Assembly: GCA_026016245.1 (NCBI GenBank)
Contig: CP061211.1
Coordinates: forward strand, 60,001 to 92,000
Direction: 5' to 3'
From: Candidatus Pacearchaeota archaeon
GTDB taxonomy: Archaea; Nanobdellota; Nanobdellia; Pacearchaeales; UBA284
Length of the DNA: 32,000 nt
Shown here piece after piece: positions 26,016 to 32,000 of this stretch. The notes beneath the pieces were generated by a model. That model searched no databases, had not been told where the DNA came from, and was given only the letters and a program-made list of their open reading frames with translations. Each line of letters opens with the position of its first letter. Position 1 is the stretch's first letter. Position numbers and translations under genes: made by a program.

Positions 26016-26585
26016 ATGGCAAATATAAAAAGTGTCTTGAAAAAAACATGGGATTTTTTGTGGCACAGCAATAGTATCTGGAGCTGGATTGTTGATTTAA
26101 TTCTAGTTTTCCTTATAGTGAAATTTATTATATTCCCCTTATTTGGCTTGATTCTTTGCACTCCTTTGCCTTTTGTTATTATTGAGAGCCATAGTATGGA
26201 GCATGAGGGTAATTTTGATTCCTGGTTTTCCTTGCATGGCCAGTGGTATTTAGATAATGACATAACAAAAGAACAAGTTAGAGAATGGTCCTGGAACAAA
26301 GGTCTTGATAAAGGCGACATTATAGTTGTGAAAGGAGAGGAAAGTTATGAGCTAGGCAATGTTATTATTTTCAAAATACAGGAACAAGCAACCCCTATCA
26401 TACATAGGATTGTGGAAGTAAAAAGTGAGGATAGTGAGATTGTTTTCGAAACAAAAGGTGATCATAATGATGGTCAGTGGCCTTATGAAGAAAATATAGG
26501 AGAAGAGCAGATTTTAGGCAAAGCAGCAGTCAGAATCCCGAAACTTGGCTGGGTTAAGCTTTTCTTTGTTGAACTTTTCAGGTAA
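26016..26585 (+). CDS. archaeal-type signal peptidase I (S26B, Sec11-like)
   Basis: N-terminal TM, then ESHSMEH (SMEP-like catalytic Ser box), GDIIVV, IIHRIV (His box) and TKGDHNDG (TKGDNN box). Confidence 0.8.
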   Translation: MANIKSVLKKTWDFLWHSNSIWSWIVDLILVFLIVKFIIFPLFGLILCTPLPFVIIESHSMEHEGNFDSWFSLHGQWYLDNDITKEQVREWSWNKGLDKGDIIVVKGEESYELGNVIIFKIQEQATPIIHRIVEVKSEDSEIVFETKGDHNDGQWPYEENIGEEQILGKAAVRIPKLGWVKLFFVELFR

Positions 26586-26663
26586 TTTATTTAATACCCC
26601 TCTAAAGTTTTAATTTCTAATAGAAAAGTTTTTAAATATAGAAACTAAAGTTAAAAGAATAAA

Positions 26664-26972
26664 ATGAAATTTTGTCCGAAGTGTGGGGCTATTTTAGTAC
26701 AAAAAAAGAAGAATTTTTCTTGTCCTAAATGTGGTCATAGATCTAAAGAAAAAATAAAAATCATTAGTTCTGAAAAAGTTGGTAAGGTGACAAAGATAGA
26801 TGTTTTACATGAGAAAGATTCCAGTGTTTGGCCAGTTGTTACAGAGACCTGCCCTGAATGTGGTAATGATAAAGCATATTATTTTTCTGCTCAAATGCGA
26901 TCAGGAGATGAAGCCGAGACCCAATTTTTCAAATGTGTTAGGTGTAAAAAAACTTGGAGAAAATATTCCTAA
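26664..26972 (+). CDS. tfs: transcription factor S (TFS / RpoM-like)
   Basis: N-terminal Zn ribbon CPKCGAIL...CPKCG and C-terminal ribbon CPECGNDKAYYFSAQMRSGDEAETQFFKCVRCKKTW, which carries the acidic DE hairpin. Confidence 0.9.
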   Translation: MKFCPKCGAILVQKKKNFSCPKCGHRSKEKIKIISSEKVGKVTKIDVLHEKDSSVWPVVTETCPECGNDKAYYFSAQMRSGDEAETQFFKCVRCKKTWRKYS

Positions 26973-26998
26973 CTTCTTTCTTTCCTAACTTATAAAAA

Positions 26999-27006
26999 TT
27001 TATAAA
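26999..27006 (+). promoter_or_regulatory. TATA-box-like element upstream of the tRNA-Lys-like gene
   Basis: tttataaa is centred about 27 nt upstream of GGG at 27030, the same spacing as for the two intact tRNA genes. Confidence 0.35.
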
Positions 27007-27029
27007 CAAATTTTCCTTCTTTTAGTAAT

Positions 27030-27138
27030 GGGTATATATCGAAGTCTGGCAGAGCACCTGGCTCTTAATAAGGGCATATCCCTTATCAACCCTAAAGGAG
27101 ATACCAGGGTGTCGCGCGTTCGAATCGCGTCGGGCCCA
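27030..27138 (+). tRNA. tRNA-Lys(CTT)-like gene with a 35-nt canonical intron but non-pairing 5' acceptor and D-stem strands (possible pseudogene or aberrant tRNA)
   Basis: Perfect from the D-loop on: AGTCTGGCA-GAGC, A, anticodon stem CCTGG/CCAGG, loop CT-CTT-A. Intron 27068-27102 has BHB central helix CTCT/GGAG. Variable loop GTGTC, T-arm GCGCG-TTCGAAT-CGCGT, 3' acceptor CGGGCCC, discriminator A. The 5' 13 nt read GGGTATATATCGA, where pairing requires GGGCCCG-NN-GCTC. Confidence 0.55.
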
Positions 27139-27145
27139 TAAAAAG

Positions 27146-27520
27146 ATGAAAAAGTATAATATTCTGAATGAAATTAATAAAGCAGTTGATTCTCATATAT
27201 TGGTTATTGTTGAGGGCAAAAAAGACAAAAAAGCTCTTGAAAAGATTGGTTTTGAGAATATTTTTATTTTACATGGTAGACCTCTTTATGTTCAAATAGA
27301 AAAAATTTCTTCTGAGGTAAAAGAATGTATCATATTGACAGATTTTGATAAAAAAGGCAAACAGTTGTATCATTGGCTAAAAAAAGAGCTTGTCAAGAAT
27401 GGAGTTAGGATAAATGATAGATTAAGGAGAGTAATACTGGGAGAAAAGGTCAGCCATATTGAGGGCTTAGCGACTTTTATACAGAATCAGAATAGAAAAA
27501 AAGTCAGACTAATAGCTTGA
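27146..27520 (+). CDS. small Toprim-domain protein (RNase M5 / primase-like Toprim family)
   Basis: ILVIVEGKKDKKALEKIG (Toprim Glu) and ECIILTDFDKKGKQL (DxD). 124 aa, typical of small archaeal Toprim proteins. Confidence 0.7.
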   Translation: MKKYNILNEINKAVDSHILVIVEGKKDKKALEKIGFENIFILHGRPLYVQIEKISSEVKECIILTDFDKKGKQLYHWLKKELVKNGVRINDRLRRVILGEKVSHIEGLATFIQNQNRKKVRLIA

Positions 27521-27542
27521 TAAATCCTTTCTTTGTTTTTGT

Positions 27543-27809
27543 TTATTTTCTCTTTCTTTTGTGTTTCTTGTTGTTTGAGTTGATAAGTTTTAGACATTCA
27601 TTACAGAGAAACATTCCTTCATGTTTTGATAGAATGTCAAAGCCGCCACATTCCTCACATGTGCCTTCCTTGACCCATTTCTTCTCCATGAATTTAAGTT
27701 CCCTGAATTGCGCTTCTTTGAGTGCATCTGTGTCCTGCAAAAGATACCATTCAGTGAATCTTGTCATTCCATTAGCCTCTTCATCTCGAATTAAATTTTT
27801 TCTTTTCAT
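27543..27809 (-). CDS. stand-alone Zn-ribbon protein, paralogous to the C-terminus of the CBS protein at 30245-30823
   Basis: KKWVKEGTCEECGGFDILSKHEGMFLCNEC aligns with FRWVREGPCHECGVFDLLYKIGNRYLCANC of the CBS protein. This supports the minus-strand ORF over the antisense 27517..27900 ORF. Confidence 0.65.
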   Translation of the reverse strand: MKRKNLIRDEEANGMTRFTEWYLLQDTDALKEAQFRELKFMEKKWVKEGTCEECGGFDILSKHEGMFLCNECLKLINSNNKKHKRKRK

Positions 27810-27986
27810 TTTCCTTAGCCACAGGTATATAATAAAGAACCCATATAAATACTTGAGCTATATAAAGTATATATGGTATATACCTCTAACAACTGCATGA
27901 TAATAACATGAAAAAAACCATTATTTTTTAGAATATAAATATTTAAAAGCATATAGAGTATATATTTTCTACAAAGGCTATTGGAA

Positions 27987-28943
27987 ATGGAAACTAGAAA
28001 AATCATTAAATTTGGAAACTCATCTCACATAATTTCTATTCCAAAGTCCTGGATGAAAGAAAACAAACTAAAGAAAGGTGATGTAGTGTATCTAAAACAG
28101 AATTCTAATGGCGAACTTTTAGTATTACCAAAAGAAAGAAGTGATATTATTTATAAAAAAGCTGTAATACATGCTACATCTAAAGATATGAAATTAATAC
28201 AAAGAGAAATTCTTGCCGCATATATTAAAGGTTTCAATGTTTTGTCAGTAACTGCACCAAATATCAAGGAAAAAATTCCGGAAATAAAAAAGAATTTGAA
28301 ACAATTCATTGGTATAGATATTATTGATAAAAATTCCAAAGAAATAGTTGCTGCCGATTTTCTTGATATTAACAATGTTTCAATTAAGAGCATAATCAGA
28401 AGAATAGATAATAATGTGAGAAGTATGTTTGAGGATCTTCAATTTTGTTTAGATAATCACAAAATCAATGAAAAAGAGTTTAATGAAATATACGAAACTG
28501 ATGGTGATGTTAATAAATTCTACTTCCTTTTATGGAAATTAACAGTTTATGGTCTTGAGAATCCCTCTATCTTGAATAAATGGGGTTTTAATTCAGTAGA
28601 GTTGACACATACTTGGTGGTTAGGTATGAATATGGAAAGAATTGGGGATGAATTAAAAAGAATCGCCCGTGAATTAAAACACAAGAAATTTAATAGGACA
28701 ACAATAAAAAAGATTTTAGAAATTTTTATAATCATTAAAAAAACTTATCTTGATGTGATGCATTCCTATTACAAGAAAGATATCAAGCTTGCTTATAATG
28801 CATCTTCAAAAAAAGAAGATATTATGAAAAGAGGTGATTCTATTTCAGCTAATAATCTGAAGGTTGGAAAAATATGTGAGAAATTGAAATCAGCTCAAAG
28901 TTATATTCATAATATGGCTAAATGTACAATTTACTTTACTTAA
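27987..28943 (+). CDS. AbrB/SpoVT-domain + PhoU-domain regulator (archaeal PhoU-like phosphate uptake regulator homolog)
   Basis: N-terminal swapped-hairpin motif IIKFGNSSHIISIPKSWMKENKLKKGDVVYL. Two PhoU-like helical repeats (IIRRIDNNVRSMFEDL...; WLGMNMERIGDELKRIAREL). The track start at 27981 is a TTG, so ATG 27987 is preferred. Confidence 0.7.
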   Translation: METRKIIKFGNSSHIISIPKSWMKENKLKKGDVVYLKQNSNGELLVLPKERSDIIYKKAVIHATSKDMKLIQREILAAYIKGFNVLSVTAPNIKEKIPEIKKNLKQFIGIDIIDKNSKEIVAADFLDINNVSIKSIIRRIDNNVRSMFEDLQFCLDNHKINEKEFNEIYETDGDVNKFYFLLWKLTVYGLENPSILNKWGFNSVELTHTWWLGMNMERIGDELKRIARELKHKKFNRTTIKKILEIFIIIKKTYLDVMHSYYKKDIKLAYNASSKKEDIMKRGDSISANNLKVGKICEKLKSAQSYIHNMAKCTIYFT

Positions 28944-28944
28944 A

Positions 28945-30243
28945 ATGTTGAAACCATCACCAAAGGAAAAAAGTTCGATGTTAGGAGTAGAAATGTCAAG
29001 AGAGGAACTAGAAGAACATCTCTCATCAATTCTCTCTAGATATCTTGCTGGAGTAAAGGTTGTTGGTGTAGATGTTGTTCCTATAGAGAGATCTATTTTC
29101 AATAGGAGACAGGGAAATAAAACCCTAACAAATAAGATTACTATTAAAGATTATACAGCATATCCCTCTCCTGGTTCTAATTTACATCTTCCTATGAATT
29201 TTATAATTAAAAAAGATAAAGACGAAGCACATTATGCTTTGAGAAGAACAATATTAGATATATGCAACAAAGATCCACTTAGACCAGATAGATATAGTTC
29301 TTTTCTTGGTGCATGGGCAGGAACATTTCCTTATTGTTGGAGTGTAGGATATGAACCTTTTGATAAATTAAAATTAACTCTTTCTACTTTTGTTTCTGAA
29401 AAATCACTCGATGAAAGGATGAAAGAGCTTGTATCAGGAATAAATAATGGAAATTCAAAATTAATTGATGTTGAAATACTCAAGCAAGCAAATAATCCAA
29501 AAATAGTTATACATGAAAAATTATCTCTCTATGAAGGAGCAATAGTAAGAGATCTGAGAAGTAAAATAAGAGAACCTTCCTTAGAAGATTTAACTAAGAT
29601 TTACATGAATTCCCTTGTGTTTTTATCTGGAAAAGATGCTAAAGGATGGCCTAAATCTTTGAAAAAAGAAACAGAAAAAGCTTTTAAAAATCTGGCCAAA
29701 AAATACTTAGCTGAAGATAACCTTAAAACCTTAGATCAGTTTGATGGCTATCCTTGGCATAATTTATTTGTATGTTTAGTAGATCCTGGAAGTGTAAAAA
29801 GGATTTCAAGAGGGATTGGTTTGGCTGCTCAGTGGTGTTTCCCAACTATATTTAATTATTTCAAGAATCCAAAAACAACAATAAAAATTTTAACAGAAGA
29901 TTATGTTAAAAAAAGAAAAAATTTTTTAGAAGAATTGCAAATAAAAGATGCCCCAGAAATAAATCAGGAAGAATTGGAAAGAGCTATTTATTTTGGTGGT
30001 CTTTTTATAAATACTAGACATACTTCTGTAGTTGGGAATGGCTCTGATGAAGACATAAAACCATATATAAATTCAATTAAGACATTATTCAAGATTTGTG
30101 AAAACATAGAATCAGGTAATACAAAAAAATTGAGAAAACCATATGAGGAATTTGGTTTATTTGAAAAAAAATCTCTTGTTGGAAAAGTTGCATCCACAGC
30201 AAAATTAACAGCAAAACAAGTAACTAGAGTAATGAATAGTTAA
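28945..30243 (+). CDS. hypothetical protein (432 aa), translationally coupled to the PhoU-like gene
   Basis: Long ORF starting 1 nt after the PhoU-like stop, cytoplasmic-looking with no TM segment. I recognise no family motif. Internal Met codons at 12 and 17 are alternative starts. Confidence 0.5.
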   Translation: MLKPSPKEKSSMLGVEMSREELEEHLSSILSRYLAGVKVVGVDVVPIERSIFNRRQGNKTLTNKITIKDYTAYPSPGSNLHLPMNFIIKKDKDEAHYALRRTILDICNKDPLRPDRYSSFLGAWAGTFPYCWSVGYEPFDKLKLTLSTFVSEKSLDERMKELVSGINNGNSKLIDVEILKQANNPKIVIHEKLSLYEGAIVRDLRSKIREPSLEDLTKIYMNSLVFLSGKDAKGWPKSLKKETEKAFKNLAKKYLAEDNLKTLDQFDGYPWHNLFVCLVDPGSVKRISRGIGLAAQWCFPTIFNYFKNPKTTIKILTEDYVKKRKNFLEELQIKDAPEINQEELERAIYFGGLFINTRHTSVVGNGSDEDIKPYINSIKTLFKICENIESGNTKKLRKPYEEFGLFEKKSLVGKVASTAKLTAKQVTRVMNS

Positions 30244-30244
30244 A

Positions 30245-30823
30245 TCACTCTTCCCATTGTCCTGATTCTTTTCTCCTACAATTTGCGCAAAGATATCTGT
30301 TACCTATCTTATAAAGTAAATCAAAAACACCACATTCATGGCAAGGTCCCTCTCTCACCCAACGAAATTCATCCACTGCCCTGATACGCTTCCATTTCTC
30401 TTCTTCCTCCGCAATCTTAACATTCTGGAAAGCAATATCAAAAAGATCTGGCTGTATTTTCAGAATGTCCTTCTCTGTAAGAAAGCCAATAACCTTATGA
30501 TTAACAAGAACAGGAAGCCATCTTACTCTTTTCTTTTTCATAGTCACAAGAGCATCAAAAATGTCCTTCCCAGGCTTGATTCCATGAACTTTCTTTGTCA
30601 TTATCTTATTTACCTTGGTCTTTTTTTTATTGAGACTTTTGGCCATGGCCCTTACTAAATCACCTTCTGTAACTATTCCTTTCAACATTTGATCAGATCT
30701 GACAATAACAGAACCAACTCCCTTTTTAACCATAATTTTAGCACATTCAACCATAGTTATATCTGGCTTTATTGACACAAATTTCCTGGTCATGACATCA
30801 CCTACTTTAATCCCGACTTTCAT
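30245..30823 (-). CDS. CBS-pair protein with C-terminal Zn ribbon
   Basis: Two CBS motifs (VGDVMTRKFVSIKPDITMVECAKIMVKKGVGSVIV; IMTKKVHGIKPGKDIFDALVTMKKKRVRWLPVL) followed by CHECG...CANC. This architecture is known from archaeal CBS + Zn-ribbon proteins. Confidence 0.8.
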   Translation of the reverse strand: MKVGIKVGDVMTRKFVSIKPDITMVECAKIMVKKGVGSVIVRSDQMLKGIVTEGDLVRAMAKSLNKKKTKVNKIMTKKVHGIKPGKDIFDALVTMKKKRVRWLPVLVNHKVIGFLTEKDILKIQPDLFDIAFQNVKIAEEEEKWKRIRAVDEFRWVREGPCHECGVFDLLYKIGNRYLCANCRRKESGQWEE

Positions 30824-30845
30824 AAACGCAGATAGTTATTTTGTT

Positions 30846-32000
30846 TTAAATAGTTTTTGTTAAGAAATCTTTTATTTCTGGAAGATGGGGAATTAGTATT
30901 TTACTCCAAGTTTCATAATTATATTCATAAGATATTTCTTTAAGTATATCTATGGGGATAAAATCACTTTTTACAATAGAAGATTCTTTTGGTCTTACAT
31001 TTCCATCTGTTTGGATAGCATAAATAAATCCAAAATGAACTCTATCTACTGGTTTTTCACTTGCCATTAATGTTCCAACAAGAACTGGTTCTGATGATTG
31101 TTTTTCAAATTTTACTTCTTCTTCATGAACTTCACGTTTTACACAATTTAACAAATAGTCTGGCCTGTCAGATTCATTTATGTGACCTCCAACACCAATA
31201 GAATACTTACCAAAAAGTCTAGAATCTCCATATGCTTTTATATCCTTTGTTCTAACATAATAAAAAACTTCATCTTTATTATTATCTTTTCTAAAAATTA
31301 AAACATAAGGCACTATTTGTAATATCTCTTGATCTTCCTCACAATCATATCTTAATGAAAACATAGGAGCCGCTTGTACGAGTTTTTCCAAATTCTTTGC
31401 TTTGGTTGGAGTTATAATTTCAAAACCTTCTTTAGAGTCACGAAATTCAAGCAGTTCTCTTTTTGGTAAAGCTAATACTTTTCTGTTTAATTTTTTGTAG
31501 TCTTTCCCAAGTTTCGGGAAATCTACTTTTTTAAAATTATTTGATAGCCTAGGTCCTATTTGTCCATTATAACTAGAACCTTTGTCTTTTCCATAACATT
31601 TTTTTGGAGTTAAACCACGGAAAATCTGTAGTTCGCTTATAGCCATTCCATCTCTCAAAATCATTGGAGAAATTTCTTCAGATCTAACCTCAAAAACAGC
31701 ACATCCATTAAAACCATTATCAAAAAAACCTGCAAAATGTAACGGCCCATGTATGCCAACATGTGAATGGTCTTTTAATTCAGCGCTTAGGTTTGATGGA
31801 ATTTTAATATATTCTTTTGAAGATAATAAATAACACTTTCCTGGTTTGATTTCTACTGTGTTATTTTTCATGATTATAGGCTCAAAATATTCTTCAACAT
31901 TATATCCCTCTTTTTCCTTAATATCTATGGGAATAGGGTTATTCCTTGCTTTAAATCCAACTATCCCAGAAGTTTGTTTTCCTGAAATATCTAAAGTTAA
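30846..32000 (-). CDS. dCTP deaminase-like (dUTPase-fold, DCD family) fused to a C-terminal Nudix hydrolase; 5'-partial (N-terminus beyond the window's right edge)
   Basis: HFAGFFDNGFNGCAVFEVRSEEISPMILRDGMAISELQIFR matches the DCD family. C-terminal Nudix box GVGGHINESDRPDYLLNCVKREVHEEEV. The frame upstream of the track Met (31871) stays open to 32000 (LTLDISGKQTSGIVGFKARNNPIPIDIKEKEGYNVEEYFEPII), so the gene starts outside the window. Confidence 0.7.
   Translation of the reverse strand, partial: LTLDISGKQTSGIVGFKARNNPIPIDIKEKEGYNVEEYFEPIIMKNNTVEIKPGKCYLLSSKEYIKIPSNLSAELKDHSHVGIHGPLHFAGFFDNGFNGCAVFEVRSEEISPMILRDGMAISELQIFRGLTPKKCYGKDKGSSYNGQIGPRLSNNFKKVDFPKLGKDYKKLNRKVLALPKRELLEFRDSKEGFEIITPTKAKNLEKLVQAAPMFSLRYDCEEDQEILQIVPYVLIFRKDNNKDEVFYYVRTKDIKAYGDSRLFGKYSIGVGGHINESDRPDYLLNCVKREVHEEEVKFEKQSSEPVLVGTLMASEKPVDRVHFGFIYAIQTDGNVRPKESSIVKSDFIPIDILKEISYEYNYETWSKILIPHLPEIKDFLTKTI

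Noticed and set aside
27517-27900. 127-aa plus-strand ORF following the Toprim gene
   Set aside because: It is antisense to the 88-aa Zn-ribbon ORF, whose C-terminus is clearly homologous to the CBS protein's ribbon. The plus-strand product is Ser/Leu/Phe-rich with no motifs.
26990-27980. Integrated mobile element using the tRNA-Lys-like locus as an att site
   Set aside because: I saw no integrase, recombinase or viral/plasmid genes on either side, and no second copy of the tRNA 3' segment in the window. The idea is kept only as one explanation within the tRNA-Lys finding.

Overview
AT-rich archaeal chromosomal window. Archaeal identity rests on r-proteins L7Ae/S28e/L24e, the S12-S7-aEF2 operon, aIF2-beta, aIF1A, Kae1, TFS, Trm5, an archaeal-type signal peptidase and intron-containing tRNAs. 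Tight gene packing, Lys/Glu-rich protein tails and long tRNA introns suggest a small-genome DPANN-like lineage, but that is inference only. Core translation genes are interleaved with accessory modules: (i) a Tad/Epd-like type IV pilus assembly operon with a co-oriented membrane-anchored GH3 NagZ-like glycosidase; (ii) a small islet holding a truncated Fic gene, an apparently intact PAS-GGDEF diguanylate cyclase and a receiver domain whose phospho-acceptor Asp is Asn; (iii) an overlapping three-gene operon of LigD-Pol-like AEP primase-polymerase, calcineurin-type metallophosphoesterase and small HExxH metallopeptidase; (iv) a sequon-rich, Cys-rich surface-protein cluster with a membrane-anchored Lon-type protease; (v) an AbrB-PhoU gene coupled to a 432-aa unknown and flanked by two paralogous Zn-ribbon genes; (vi) a dCTP-deaminase-like/Nudix fusion running off the window edge. 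There are three tRNA loci. Asn and Ile carry long canonical-position introns that share a 10-mer. A Lys(CUU)-like gene is perfect from the D-loop onward but cannot form its 5' acceptor or D stems. No CRISPR array, transposase or integrase was seen. All family assignments come from motif recognition by eye; no searches were run.
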